DNA of 64,000 bases from NCBI GenBank assembly GCA_965240325.2, contig OZ251224.1:1612001-1676000 (forward strand). Reading direction: 5' to 3'. The stretch comes from Rebecca billardiae RCC1528. Its lineage: Eukaryota > Protista > Haptophyta. Both the position numbers and the translations under genes were made by a program. This document shows, piece by piece, positions 11,530 to 24,147 of this stretch. The notes below the pieces were generated by a model that searched no databases, had not been told where the DNA came from, and saw nothing but the letters and a program-made list of their open reading frames with translations. The first letter of the stretch is position 1. Each line of letters starts with the position of its first letter.

Positions 11530-13569
11530 CTAGCACAAGTCAAAGCCGAGGACCTCCCTGAACATCTTCTTCGGCTTGCGCAGCTGGTGGAGGAGGGGCT
11601 CGACGAACACCTCGATCGCCCATTCGCGGTACGACTCAGGCACGCACTTCTTCACCAAGAGGTCGACGACTAGCTGTGTGATCACGACGCCCGGCTCGAT
11701 GAGCGCGAGCTTGAACGCGGTCTCGATGAGCCACGAGACCAGGATCTCCTGCCGGCATACCTCGGGGTCGCGCACGCCCGCGCCGCCGAGGATGGAGAAG
11801 GTGAGCAGCATGCACGACACGGCGCAGATGAGGAGCACGTTCACGGTGGTCGCCGCCCGCAGCTTCCACCTCTTCGGCTTGTTCGACCACCACTGCGCGT
11901 GCTCCAGCTCGGAGCGCGTGAGGCGCACGCGCTCGTGCACGTGATACCGTGTCACCGGCTCGGCGTGCGCGCTTGCGGCCGCTGCGCCCACCTCCGTGTC
12001 CGCTGCGCCAGCCTCGCCGAGCTCGGCGGCCGCGGCGCGCTCGTGCCCGGTGCGGTTGCGGTGGCTGTGGGCGTGGTCGTACACCCGGTCGTACGCGTCG
12101 AGGGCGGCACGCGCCGCCACGCTGGGCTGCGCGATCACGTCGGCGGGCAGGATCTGTCGGCCGTCGATGTACGGGCTGGTGAGGTGCACGACCTGCACCA
12201 TCTTGACCATCGGCACGCTCTCCTTGTCTCGTCCGAGCCCCAGGCCGGCCATCAGGCTGCCCCGCCGCGTCTTGTTGGCCGCGCCTGCGTCCGTCGAGCC
12301 GCGCCGCGTGCGCATGTGCATGCTGAGGATGCCGTACGTTCTCCTCGCCTCGTCTGCGGGGATCGGGGCGCGGCGGTACACGTGCTCCGCCTGCACGAAG
12401 CGCACGTCGTCCACGCCGACCTGCACGTCGAGCGTGCGGTGCGCCTCCTCCAGCAGCTCGTGCTGCCCGTGGTCAACGTGCAGCCGCACGCCCGCCATCT
12501 CGGAGAGGATGGACATGCTGTTGGGCGGTGGGATGATCGTCTTGGTTGCGGTCTCCTGCCACGTGCGCGCGACGAAGAATCCGACGATCTGCCCCTCGTG
12601 CGTCGGGATGGAGATGAGCGCCTGGTCGGGCATGCTCACCGTCATCGCGCCCGGCGGCAGGCCGGCATCCTTGACCCGCTTCCAGCCCGGCTGGGTCACC
12701 GAGCTCGCGCGGCGCAGGAGCGCGCGTGGCGGCGCCACGGTGCCACTGCTGTCACGCGCGTCTGCATCCGCCGCGCGGCGCGGCGCGACGGGCGACGCAG
12801 TGGAGGCGCTGCCAAGGTGGGCCACCGCACCGAACGACTGCGGCCGTGGCATGGGCGACGGCCACGGGCTCGGCGAGGGCAGGGGCGAGGGCATGCCACT
12901 GGTCTCCTCGCCCACCGCCTCGCTGCCCGCCAGCGCGCTGACCGCGTCCGCCTCGATCAGCTTGACGAGCTCCGGCCGCGCGTACCGAAGCTTGTGCGCG
13001 ATAGGCTCGCACACCTCCGACTCGTCGCCCTGGCCGTGGGGTTGGTGGGCGTGGTGGCGGTCGAGGCGCGCGGCGTGCGCTGCGGCGTTGGCCGCGCCCT
13101 GCACCGCGTCGTGAGCCGCCATCGCCGCGCCTCGCGCCCTCTTCGCCACGGCGGTCCCACTGCTCGCTGTGGTCGTCGGCTCGATCACAGCCGCGATGCG
13201 CAGCGCGGCACGGCGCGTCTGCGCGTCCGCCGGATCGACGCCGTCCGGTCCCTCCTCGAGCAGCCCGCGCCTGCGCACGCTCCACTCGATCAGCCGCTCG
13301 AGGAAGACGGCCTCGTACGGGTAGCCCGACGCGATGCCCACCGCCACGTTTACGATCAGCTGCGTCGCGGAGAGGTCCTCCGCTTGGCCAATGAAGAGCG
13401 CCATCACGAAGAGCTCGACTAGCGTCACGTTCATCAGCAGCAGCACGCGCATCTTCGCGCTCACCGGGTCGCCCGGCAGCCGCGTGAGCCACCGGAGGTG
13501 AGCGTCGAGCGCGTGAGCATGTGCGCGCCCGCGCGCCACCAGATCGACTTGGAAGCGCGCAGCTTCCAC
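11530..13569 (-). CDS. Multi-pass membrane protein resembling polycystin-1/REJ-type TM segments; 5' end unclear
   Basis: 679-codon ORF with two TM clusters (KMRVLLLMNVTLVELFVMALF; SWLIETAFKLALIEPGVV) separated by a long loop. The family resemblance is by eye only. Confidence 0.55.
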   Translation of the reverse strand: MEAARFQVDLVARGRAHAHALDAHLRWLTRLPGDPVSAKMRVLLLMNVTLVELFVMALFIGQAEDLSATQLIVNVAVGIASGYPYEAVFLERLIEWSVRRRGLLEEGPDGVDPADAQTRRAALRIAAVIEPTTTASSGTAVAKRARGAAMAAHDAVQGAANAAAHAARLDRHHAHQPHGQGDESEVCEPIAHKLRYARPELVKLIEADAVSALAGSEAVGEETSGMPSPLPSPSPWPSPMPRPQSFGAVAHLGSASTASPVAPRRAADADARDSSGTVAPPRALLRRASSVTQPGWKRVKDAGLPPGAMTVSMPDQALISIPTHEGQIVGFFVARTWQETATKTIIPPPNSMSILSEMAGVRLHVDHGQHELLEEAHRTLDVQVGVDDVRFVQAEHVYRRAPIPADEARRTYGILSMHMRTRRGSTDAGAANKTRRGSLMAGLGLGRDKESVPMVKMVQVVHLTSPYIDGRQILPADVIAQPSVAARAALDAYDRVYDHAHSHRNRTGHERAAAAELGEAGAADTEVGAAAASAHAEPVTRYHVHERVRLTRSELEHAQWWSNKPKRWKLRAATTVNVLLICAVSCMLLTFSILGGAGVRDPEVCRQEILVSWLIETAFKLALIEPGVVITQLVVDLLVKKCVPESYREWAIEVFVEPLLHQLRKPKKMFREVLGFDLC

Positions 13570-14051
13570 TGCGGCACCAGGCTCATTCCAATAAGTATAA
13601 ATATGCGATATATATATGTATATATATATAGCCGTTACGCCGCCCTATATTCAGGGTATGTGCACCTGAATTTTATTGTACATGGCCGGCCCAGACCCCT
13701 CCACTCCTCCAGCAGCAGACGAGGGCAAATTAGATCGTCCAGCGGCGACTAATAATCAGCTCAATAAACACTTGCTAGGACTATCGGTAGTCCGCGAGGC
13801 TACCGGCACCGCGACGCCGTATTCGACCCGCGCCGTCGTAACTCTGAGGGCCTATAGCTAGCCGTCAGTCACGTCACATTGCCATCACTTTGCCCCCCCC
13901 CTAGCTACTGTTGCACATGAGTTGTCGAAACGCAACAGTGACTTGGACGTCCACAGTGAGCATGGGCACATAAGACGCCGGGAAGCCGAGACATGATGTA
14001 GGTCCAGTGGATCCAAACTCCAGTGGCCCGCAGCCAATGCGTGCCGACCCT

Positions 14052-14990
14052 CTACAGGCTTTGGAGCCCCTTGATGAAGCCTTTGACCTCCTTCAGAAAC
14101 CCGGGGCCCGACCCTTGGTCGTCGCCGGCAAGCTCCTCCATGATGCCGGTCTCTGAGGGCCGCCTGGCGTCGTCGCGGACCAGTCGGAAGCCCCCATCCG
14201 CCGAGGGGTCCTCCTGCCAGACCGCGTAGTTCTCCGGGTACACGCGCGTGAGGGCTGCGCCCGGCAGCGTGCGCAGCACGTACACGTCCTGGAACTCCCT
14301 CGCAAGGCGCTTGACGACGTTCCGGCCCTCGAGCCCGAGCGCGCCGGTCGTAAGGTCGACAAGCTGCGGGTTGAGCACGACGAGCGGCACGCCAGAGCTC
14401 TGCACGGCCTCGGAGTTCATGAGCGCATCCAGCGCCGTGGTGTCGAGTGCGGTCGGCGCGACGATCAGGCAGGCGACCGCCTCGTCCGGGAGCTTGAAGC
14501 GTGCCAGGCAGGAGCACTTCACCGTGGGAGGCGGCGCCCATTCCCGCGTAACGAGCGCCGCCGTGCCTTCGTCGGGCAGAAGGATCTGCAGGACCTTGGC
14601 CGGCTGAGCCTGATCGGTGCTCGCTTCATCCTCACCCAAAGCCGCTGTGCCACCGCACAGCTCGGTGGAGAGCAACTCCATCAGGGCGCGCGCGATGGGC
14701 ATGCTGTTGCGCAATGAAGTGTACGTGATGTCCCCAGCAGAGGTGTCAAAGTCCACGCGAAGCCTCGTGATGCCGCGCCGCAGGGCGTCCACTACGGCCG
14801 CGGAGCACGCGCGCGAGGCATCCTCGAACGAGTCAGGAAGCGAGTACGCCGGCGGCAGCGGCTCGTCGGCCATCGCCAGCGCCGACGGCAGCGACGGCAT
14901 CCGCGCGGCTCTCGCGCCCACGCCGACGGCAAGCCCTGTCCGCACGAAGCCCACATGGCCCGCGAAGACGAGGGCCAGCGCGGCCACCAT
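14052..14990 (-). CDS. DUF1995-domain plastid protein
   Basis: LPDSFEDA..AVVDALRRGITRLRVDF, ILLPDEGTAAL, PLVVLNPQLVD, GAALTRVYPENYAVW; bipartite leader. Confidence 0.8.
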   Translation of the reverse strand: MVAALALVFAGHVGFVRTGLAVGVGARAARMPSLPSALAMADEPLPPAYSLPDSFEDASRACSAAVVDALRRGITRLRVDFDTSAGDITYTSLRNSMPIARALMELLSTELCGGTAALGEDEASTDQAQPAKVLQILLPDEGTAALVTREWAPPPTVKCSCLARFKLPDEAVACLIVAPTALDTTALDALMNSEAVQSSGVPLVVLNPQLVDLTTGALGLEGRNVVKRLAREFQDVYVLRTLPGAALTRVYPENYAVWQEDPSADGGFRLVRDDARRPSETGIMEELAGDDQGSGPGFLKEVKGFIKGLQSL

Positions 14991-15082
14991 TCTTGCTTGA
15001 GTTGCTTTTGTTGTGCTCACGTGGCGTCCGGACTTCGGCCGCGGATGCGACCGGAGTCGCCTCGGCGATCGAGAGATCCACG

Positions 15083-16015
15083 ATGGGCGCTATGCCTCTG
15101 TGGCTGCTCGTGTCGTCGCACGTGCAGCTGGCTACCGCGGGATTGGCGCGCGGAGGCGGGACCGTGACGATGGCATCGGCACCTCCATCGACCGACAAGG
15201 ACCTGCTCATCGTCGGCGCGGGCACCCTCGGACTGATAGCGGGGCGCGAGTGGAAGAAGGCGTTCCCGGCATCGCGCGTCGTGGGCGAAACGCGGACCGA
15301 TGCACGCCACGATGCGCTGCGCAGCGCGGGGATCGAGCCGCGCGTGCGCCAGGAGTCCAGCACTGCGAGCTCTGACCGCTTTCCGAACCTCCTTCTCGCC
15401 TTCTCCCCCGGGCGGAACGAAGACTATGTGGGCGACGTTGCGCGCTCGCTCGCTCACTGGGATGGGACGGGCGGGTGCGCCTTCACCTCGTCGGGCGGCG
15501 TTTACGCGGAGGCGGACGGCGGTGTAGTGACTGAGGACTCGCCCACGTCTGACTCGCCGCGCTCAGCGAAGCTGCTCGCGGCTGAGAAGCACGTGCTCGA
15601 CGCCGGGGCTACGGTTGTGCGCCTCGCCGGCCTGTACACAGCGGAGCGAGGCGCGCACAACTACTGGCTGTCGCAGGAGCGCGTGGAGCAGTGGTCGGGT
15701 GGCATCATCAACCTGCTGCACTACGAGGACGCTGCCTGCGGTGCGCTTGCCGCGATCCGCGCGCGGCTTGGGCCGCGCGTGCTGCTGCTGTGCGACGACC
15801 GGCCGATGACGCGCGGGGAGATTGTCGATGCCGCGCTGCGCTCGCCCGTGTACGCGGACGTCGCCGCTGGTCCGACGTTCACGCAGGAGTCGGGGCCGAA
15901 GGGAAAAGTGTACGACAACTCGGCGACGCGCGCGCTGCTCGGTGACTGGGCGCTGCGGCACCCCGACTTTGAGCGCTTCATGGCGAGCGCGACGGCCAGC
16001 GCTGCGACGGCATGA
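15083..16015 (+). CDS. Atypical SDR / NAD(P)-dependent epimerase-like protein
   Basis: LLIVGAGTLG Rossmann motif, FTSSGGVY, LLAAE, VVRLAGLY, INLLHYEDAA. Confidence 0.85.
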   Translation: MGAMPLWLLVSSHVQLATAGLARGGGTVTMASAPPSTDKDLLIVGAGTLGLIAGREWKKAFPASRVVGETRTDARHDALRSAGIEPRVRQESSTASSDRFPNLLLAFSPGRNEDYVGDVARSLAHWDGTGGCAFTSSGGVYAEADGGVVTEDSPTSDSPRSAKLLAAEKHVLDAGATVVRLAGLYTAERGAHNYWLSQERVEQWSGGIINLLHYEDAACGALAAIRARLGPRVLLLCDDRPMTRGEIVDAALRSPVYADVAAGPTFTQESGPKGKVYDNSATRALLGDWALRHPDFERFMASATASAATA

Positions 16016-17019
16016 TCGTCTATTTCGTCTGGTGCCAGCCTGAGGCCGGGCGGTGGCGTGACTCGTGAGTCGTGTGACGTGTCGTGAGATGCGCCCATAC
16101 TACTACTACTCTGATGAGGCTGCTCGGTGGGACCGCTGGTCGGGCTTGCTGTGTCAGATGCGACCCAAGAATGACCGCCCTGAACAGTGACTGACTGACT
16201 GAGCTGTACTAGCTCCCTAACAGCTACGACTCACTTACAGTTACACGGACCGACGGCGCCTAACCGGTAATTATACGGTTATTTATTATTATAATTATTT
16301 GTTTTAACGTGCGTAAGGCTCACGGTGGCAGGTTGCCGCGCCATCCTTCATCGCACGCTCTCCGAAGAGAGACCTGGAAACTGGCTTTGAACCCATGACC
16401 TCAGACGCAGTACCCCCACTTAGTATTAGACAGTAGTTTGAGTACTGTCACGTGTCCGTCTCCGTGTACGTGGTGTAGTCACCGTAGCCTTGTGTTCCGA
16501 TGCAGGCTGCCAGCGGACGGCTCCCTGCCTGAGGTGCCCTTGGCAACCGGGCCTTGGCCATGTCACATTAGTGTGCAGAGAGCTCTCGGGAGCCTACGAC
16601 TCTGCAACGAGAGCCGCCAGCTGGGCGAAATCATTTTAAAAAAAATAGGGATTGGAGCTCCGCTGCGCAACTTCGGCTGGAAACCTGTTTTTCTAGCGGG
16701 GCTGAGTGGCTGACCTGTCGTCGTCGTCGCCCTCCGGAGAGCGGTCGCGGTCGGGGAGTGGGCTTCGTCGTCACTCGACCGGCAGCCAGCTGACAAGACT
16801 GGCAGCCCGACAGATGCGTCTAACTACTAATATGTACAAGTTGCAATAAGTATAACTAAGCTAGCAGACGATGTTGCCGTCGGCGGTGCGCAGTTTCTGA
16901 CGATGAAGTTGGGTTTCCAGAATTATAAATCCGAACGAATAAATCCGCGGCCGACATCGTGGTCAAGCCTCGGCCACGGCGACGACCCGACGACGCACGA
17001 ACAAAGGGAGTCGCGGACC

Positions 17020-17679
17020 ATGCACGCGCTCGGTCTGGCGTTGCGCCGTCCCCGGCTGGGAGCTCTGATCAGCTGTGCTCGCACTCCAGTGCTAGATGCA
17101 GGCTCACCTGTCGTGCCCTTGCTGGCTCGGGGCCTCGCGTGGAAGCGTTACGGCTATCGCACAATCGAGGATCTGCGAACGCCTCACACAGGCTGGCGAG
17201 CAGAGCGGCAGAAGGTGCCGCCGAGGGTCCGCATCCCAGAGTCGAGCTGGAAGCTCTTCGTGGGCGATGAGGTCGTGATGCGCGAGGGCAAGGACGAGGG
17301 TAAGAGAGGCAGGATCATCGAGGTGCGGCCTGACGAGAACCGTGTGGTCGTCGATGGCATCAACGTGCAGAAGCAGCACAGGCGGGGCGATGGGGAGAAC
17401 GCGGGCGGGATTCTCGACGTTCCAGGGCCGGTGCACTACTCTAATGTGGCGCTCATCAATCCCATGAATGACAAGCCCACGCGGGTGCGCTACAAGCTCG
17501 ACGCAACGGGCAAGCGCGTTCGCGTCACCCCAGACGGCGTGGTCGTACCCTACCCAAAGAAACCGCCGCTGGTGCGGCCTACGGAAGAGGACGGCCCGTG
17601 CGACACCGCGCCGGCCGATGTGCATCAGGTGACCTACGAGCACTACGACGAGTTTATGAGCAAGTATAGTTTCACTTGA
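17020..17679 (+). CDS. MRPL24: Mitochondrial ribosomal protein uL24m
   Basis: KOW motif WKLFVGDEVVMREGKDEGKRGRI, NRVVVDGIN, PVHYSNVAL, KPTRV. Confidence 0.9.
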   Translation: MHALGLALRRPRLGALISCARTPVLDAGSPVVPLLARGLAWKRYGYRTIEDLRTPHTGWRAERQKVPPRVRIPESSWKLFVGDEVVMREGKDEGKRGRIIEVRPDENRVVVDGINVQKQHRRGDGENAGGILDVPGPVHYSNVALINPMNDKPTRVRYKLDATGKRVRVTPDGVVVPYPKKPPLVRPTEEDGPCDTAPADVHQVTYEHYDEFMSKYSFT

Positions 17680-17992
17680 CCATGGTCTAGCCACGACTTC
17701 ATCCAATTTCATCAACGGGACCGTGCTCACTCGGTGTGCGGCACAGTGTGCCGGCACTGACTGACACTCACGCTGCACTGCCTCAGAGACTGCCTGCTGC
17801 GCGAGCCGGACGCGCTGATCGCGCCGCCGCCGGGGCCTAGCCGCGGCGCCGCGGGTTCCGGCGAGCCGGGGCCGCGCCCGCCGCTGCCCTAGGTTCGGGG
17901 GGCCGCGGCGCCACCCCTCACAGGGGCCTCACTGCAAGCCCCTCCGTCAGTCATGCAGCGTAGCTCGCACACACGATTCAGTTATTGTGTGA

Positions 17993-18609
<617 letters not shown>

Positions 18610-18833
18610 TGCTCCAGCTCCCGGCCCGGCCCGCTCCCGACTCCCGTAGGGCGGGACGGGGGACAGGGCCGTGCGGGCGGAGTGGCGCACTGGCACCTGT
18701 GTCAGTGTCTGTGAGGCCCTCGGGTCGGCATGACGCAGAAGGAGCGGACGCATTCTATGTGTCTGCTGCACTCTGAGCCGCCTGACCGCTCAGCCCGTTG
18801 CATGCATACCACCTGCGTCATTAATCGGTTAAA

Positions 18834-19108
<275 letters not shown>

Positions 19109-19827
19109 TGTACTTCGTCTTGTGCGAGTGATGTGCGACAACTGGTGCCCGTAGTGGTGGACGGTTTCAACTAACTACTACTAAGCTAGCGCTTGACTTG
19201 CTGGCACTGTCAGTGACAGTCACGGCGGTGTCCGTTAACCCGGTCTGCGCCTGAGCCGCCTGATGGTGACGCCGCTGCGCAGACTGAGTAGTGAGACTGA
19301 ATGAATACGTGCAAGGTCCCAGATCGAGACCCCAGGTGCCTTTACTTCCTTAGTTAGCTATAGGAGGTGCCGGTAAATTAATGTCATGCCCGCAATGGTG
19401 AACGGGCCGCGGACGGCGGAATTACGTAAGCCAATTAATAAGGCATTAAGGCTGAGTAAGTCTGTAAGAGTCGCGCGCATCAATTTGACCAGCCTGGATG
19501 CTGAGCTCAGGCCCGGTGACGCCCACGGCACAGTACCTCCGTGTCAAGTCTCATCTATGCCGCACTGGCCTCGTGCCTCCTACCATCAGCCGGTCGTGGC
19601 CACGGACACGGGTACAGGCCCTGTGACACCTGCTGCGAGACGGCGCGGGCGCGCGAAAGCATAATCGTAAGCTACCTCAAAGAGGGCGTGCCCGGTGCTT
19701 CCATGCACACGCCAGTTGCAGCAAATGTGCTCGGCGCGATGTATGCGCCTGCGACATGCGTGCGGTCAAAGGCGGAGCTCAGCGCGAACCTGTGCAGAAA
19801 GACAGAGTTCACGCCGTGACTGCTGCC

Positions 19828-20181
19828 TTATTGATGGATCGCACGGGCAGTTTCCACCCATGACGCCACCGAACGCCAGCTGCCAGCCGTGCGGGGGAAG
19901 TCTGCGCCCCATATGGTGATGGACTTGACTGGTGTCGCCTGGTATTCGCGCTCGTTGGTCGCCGATTCTATGGCTGGCGAATGGGCTGCCTTCAGGACCA
20001 CAGCATCGCAGCCAGCCGGCATCACGGCCTGCGTGCCCACCAGATGACGGCCGCGGAAGGTGGAGTGCGACACGTTCGGGTTATTCTCGTCTGTGGAGAC
20101 CAGCAGATACGCGGATACGCGCGCCTCCCCAGTGTACTGCACCGTACACGGCAGGCTGTGGACTTCCGCGCCTTCACCCAT
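19828..20181 (-). CDS. RNASEH2C: Ribonuclease H2 subunit C
   Basis: VHSLPCTVQYTGEARVSAY, STFRGRHLVG, ITIWGAD, WVETARAIH. Confidence 0.85.
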   Translation of the reverse strand: MGEGAEVHSLPCTVQYTGEARVSAYLLVSTDENNPNVSHSTFRGRHLVGTQAVMPAGCDAVVLKAAHSPAIESATNEREYQATPVKSITIWGADFPRTAGSWRSVASWVETARAIHQ

Positions 20182-20366
20182 GCCGCGCGCGTCGCCCGCT
20201 CCTCGTCGTGGTTTTCCGTTGGACGCGCCGAATACTGGTACAGTTTACTATGTTTTAACGTGCAAGAGTGGGCGCCGAGGCTGCTCGCTCGCTCGCCAGT
20301 GGCAGCTCTGGATCCGCCGGAGCAGTGGTTCCTGCCGTTCGTCACAGCCTGGCCGGACTCGCCATC

Positions 20367-21290
20367 ATGTCGGCCGCCCGATTTGCAGTGGCCCGCACGG
20401 GCTCCTCGCGGCTCACCTATCGAGCACGTGCCGCTCTGTGGGGAGTGCGTGCGCTCTCCAGCGAGGCCAAGCCGCCCGTGCTGCGCGTCGAAGTGGCCGA
20501 TGGCGTCAAGACGCTCGTCTTCAACGATCCGCGACGGCTGAATGCGTGGACCGGCCCGTTGCTCATGGGGCTGCGCGACGAGCTGCGCTCGTCGGCCTCG
20601 GATGGCGACGTGGACGCCGTCATCGTGACCGGAGCTGATCCTTACTACTGCGCGGGCGTCGACCTCGGAGCGATGGTCAGCCAGTTCATGCTGCCCGCGG
20701 CACTCCATGCTCGGCTGGTGGAGCAGAATACTGCGCTCTTCGACATGTTCCTCACATTCCCCAAGCCACTCTTCTTCGCCGTGAATGGCCCGGCCATCGG
20801 TGCTTCGGTCACGTCTGCGACGCTGGGCGAAGGCATCATCGCATCGGAGAAGGCCACCTTCTCCACTCCCTTCGCTGCGCTCGGCCTCACGCCGGAGGGT
20901 TGCTCGTCTGTGCACTTTGCTCGGCTCATGGGCGAGCAGACGGCAGCGCGTATGCTGGGGGAAGAGGGCTGGAAGCCAACAGCAGCAGAGGCGCTCGACG
21001 CGGGCCTCGTCCAGCGTGTCGTGCCTCACGACGACCTGCGCGCAGCCGCTCAGGCTGCGGCGGAGGAGTGGGTCGCAGCAGGCAAGCCGAAGGCCCTGGC
21101 CTCCAAGGGGCTGCTGGACGAGTACCGACGGGTCAATGAGGCCGAGTCGAAGGCGCTCGCCGACGCTTTCCTGTCGCCGAGCTTCTTCGACGCGCAGGCG
21201 CGGATGGCCAGAAAGAAGGGAAAGACTGCACGCGCGGCGCTCTTCACTGCGGTCAAACTGGCGCGGCCGATCTGGAGCATCGGGCTCTAA
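20367..21290 (+). CDS. Crotonase-family enoyl-CoA delta-isomerase/hydratase (ECI2-like)
   Basis: FNDPRRLNA, YYCAGVDL, FPKPLFFAVNGPAIG, FSTPFAALGLTPEGCSS. Confidence 0.9.
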   Translation: MSAARFAVARTGSSRLTYRARAALWGVRALSSEAKPPVLRVEVADGVKTLVFNDPRRLNAWTGPLLMGLRDELRSSASDGDVDAVIVTGADPYYCAGVDLGAMVSQFMLPAALHARLVEQNTALFDMFLTFPKPLFFAVNGPAIGASVTSATLGEGIIASEKATFSTPFAALGLTPEGCSSVHFARLMGEQTAARMLGEEGWKPTAAEALDAGLVQRVVPHDDLRAAAQAAAEEWVAAGKPKALASKGLLDEYRRVNEAESKALADAFLSPSFFDAQARMARKKGKTARAALFTAVKLARPIWSIGL

Positions 21291-21452
21291 CTACCTGTCA
21301 ATTGCCTGTACGGCTTGAAGGCTGCGGCTACTGGTTTACTAAGAATAAGAGACGCACACAGCTCAGGCAGGCGAGATTGTAGCCTTGATCATTTACAGAA
21401 ATCGGCTGTAGTGTCGTCAGAAAGAAGAACACGCATTACAATAATATGTATA

Positions 21453-21500
21453 ACTCTCTCTCTCTCTCGGTCTCTCTCAGACTCTCTGGCTCTCACTCTC

Positions 21501-21594
<94 letters not shown>
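21453..21594. repeat. (CT)n microsatellite
   Basis: Read directly. Confidence 0.95.
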
Positions 21595-21598
<4 letters not shown>

Positions 21599-22676
21599 TT
21601 GATCGAGTCGTCACTCATCAAGCCAGTAGCCACCAGTGACGTTGTCAATATTTAATATAATAAAATTTGCACGTACATTTAGTTCCGCGTGACGTAACTA
21701 CTGTAACTGTTTCAATGCGCTATGGTTATACATATATTATTCGGCAGTATTCATCAATTGAGTTTCAGTGGCTGGCTCGTCTCCGGGGCTCAGGCTTTAC
21801 TGGCTTAGCACCAGCACAGACTACCGTCATCAACGGTTACGGTGACGCCGGCCACTGCCACCGCGCCCACTGGCACTGCTGCCACTCTCTCCGTCCGATT
21901 CCGATGGCGGTAGCCACTGGCCATTAATCATTATCATATAGCTGAGAGTTAGAGTGCAGAGAGTGAGCAGAGACGATTCAGATATGCATGACTACTGCTA
22001 TGTAACTACTTAGTACTAGGCTCGCGGAGTCGCAGGCGCAGCCCGGCCCCGGGTGCTCCGTGCTGGCTTAGTTAGAACTCGGCTGGCGGAGTTATCGGTC
22101 ATCGGCCACGGCTCACACGCTGCTGCCCGTGCCTGCATACGTGCCACCGATTCCGCCGATGCTGACACGCTACGCGCAAGGGCGGTACCGCCCTTGCTAC
22201 GCGTGACAATCATTGATGATGGTTGAATCACAATCCGTCCGACGACACTCTTAGGACTCATTGACAATAATGAATGACATTCGGTTCGGCGCGGCCACGT
22301 CCGAGTTCTGTCAATTGACACAGGAAAAGCCATAGTTCGGCTGGGCCCCGGCGAGTGGGCGGCTTGAGGGCGAGAGCTGCATCAAGCCTTCGGGATACGG
22401 TCGGCAGTAGCGCGATCACCGGCCATGCGCACGCGCCAAATCTGACCAAATGTTGAGACAGGAAGCAGTGAGCGGGATGCCAGCTCGGGCAGCCCATGAG
22501 CCGCACGGAGCGCAATGGGAGTCACGTCCCGGGCGCAGGCCTCAGGAGATGGGGCGGAAACTTGCCACGATTGCAGCGGAGAGCGATGATTGGCTCGCCG
22601 GAGGCATCTTGCCAGGACGTAGGTGGGATTGCATGGGTGGGCCCCGCGCGTGTGGGAGCAACACAACCTGTGACGC

Positions 22677-23012
22677 TCACGCATGCTTTCGTGGGAGCAT
22701 CGCAGCCACGATCGCGGCGAGGAGCCCGATGATGCACACCGCGAGAGCCGTGATACGCAAGCACGCCCTGCGCTGCGATGGCGTCGTGTGCCTCATACTT
22801 ATCCACGTGGCGACTGGGGCCGGAGCCTTGATCGGCACCTTGTTGATGGCGACCTTCTTCTCCTTCTTGCTCACCGCCTGGAAGCTCTCCTCGTCCCGGT
22901 CAGCACCGACCACAATGTCCCCACCCTCGCCCTCGTCTTCGTCGTCGTCGTCGTCATCGCCGATCAGGGCGAGCCTCTCCTGAATCTGTCGCCAATCGGC
23001 GTCGGCGCTCAT
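22677..23012 (-). CDS. Hypothetical small acidic protein with one TM helix (may be spliced further)
   Basis: ATG-initiated ORF, acidic tract, TM ITALAVCIIGLLAAIVAAML; divergent from derlin. Confidence 0.5.
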   Translation of the reverse strand: MSADADWRQIQERLALIGDDDDDDEDEGEGGDIVVGADRDEESFQAVSKKEKKVAINKVPIKAPAPVATWISMRHTTPSQRRACLRITALAVCIIGLLAAIVAAMLPRKHA

Positions 23013-23276
23013 GTTGGCCGCGCAGAGCTTGCTGCAGGGACGCTCGTGAGCGAGCTGTCAACAAGAGCGTTGCGGCCCGGGGCCTCCTGATTCCGGTACA
23101 CAGTCTTCGTATCCGCCATCCTTTCGCCGCCAGAGGTCCCGGAGTCCTGGAGAAGTACTGCGCCAACGCGGCGCGGCTGGAAGCGGCGCCACCCCCGGTG
23201 GCCATCGAGACGCGCGCAGCGGGCGCTCGGCAAGCAGACACCTGCCCAGAGGCCACACCCCTGCGTTGCGTCAGAA

Positions 23277-24147
23277 ATGATCGACGCGTGGTTCTACGAC
23301 ATCCCGCCCATCACGCGCACGTACGTCTCGCTGTGCTTTGCGACGACGTGTGCGTGTGCGCTCGAGCTGGTCTCGCCGCTCAGTCTGTACTTCAACGCGA
23401 GGGCCATCTGCGTGAAGCTGCAGCTCTGGCGTCTCGTGACCAACTTCCTCTTCTTCGGCTCGTTCGAGCTCGACTTCCTCTTCCACATGTTCTTCCTCGT
23501 GCGGTACGCCAGGCTGCTGGAGGAGGGCTCGTTCCGCATGCGGAGCGCGGACTTCCTGTACATGCTGCTCTTCGGCGCGAGCCTGATGCTTTGCATCGCA
23601 CCATTCATCAACATTCAGTTCCTCGGCTCGTCGCTCACCTTCATGATGGTGTACGTGTGGGCACGGCGAAACGACAGCGTGCGCATGAGCTTCCTGGGGC
23701 TCTTCCAGTTCACCGCGCCGTATCTGCCGTGGGTCCTGCTCGCATTCAGCGTGCTCCTCGGGAACAGCCCGGTCGTGGACGTCATCGGGATCGGCGTCGG
23801 CCACGTGTACTACTTTCTCGAGGACATCTACCCGCTCATGCCCGCCAGCGGCCGCCAGTGCGCGCGCGTTGCGCACGCTCGTGCGTGCCGTGCGTACAGA
23901 CGTGTCTGCCTGCCGCGCCCATCTCTCATTTCACATCACACCACGGCGCGGCCCCGCGCGGCGCAGGCGCGTCCTCAAGACACCGCGCGTACTCGAGCTC
24001 CTGTGTAATGCTGCCTTCGGCAACGGCCGAGGCTTCGAGTACCGCTTCGCGCCCGAGGACGGCGAGCTCAGGCAAGCGCTCGGTGGGGCTGATGAGCAAG
24101 ACGCGCTCAATCTGGGGCAGGAGGAGGAGGACGAGGATGGGCGGTGA
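23277..24147 (+). CDS. DERL2: Derlin-2-like ERAD protein; intron 23858-23966
   Basis: IPPITRTY, QLWRLVTNFLFFG, LEEGSFR, YVWARRN, APYLPWVLL, GHVYYFLEDIYP; splicing yields RVLKTP. Confidence 0.93.

Noticed and set aside
10243-16015. Plastid or tocopherol gene cluster (VTE6, DUF1995, SDR)
   Set aside because: No shared pathway evident; adjacency is explicable by gene density.
16111-16160. CTGATGAG as a hammerhead ribozyme core (also ~10146, 25358, 48986)
   Set aside because: No stem II followed by GAAA, and no closing stems.
16370-16420. tRNA B-box-like GGTTCAAAGCC on the minus strand (similar near 54065)
   Set aside because: No cloverleaf or A-box found; at most a decayed SINE.
20239-21706. 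Enoyl-CoA isomerase gene as cargo between mariner-like TIRs
   Set aside because: The right-hand match is too degenerate; the gene looks like a normal member of a divergent pair.
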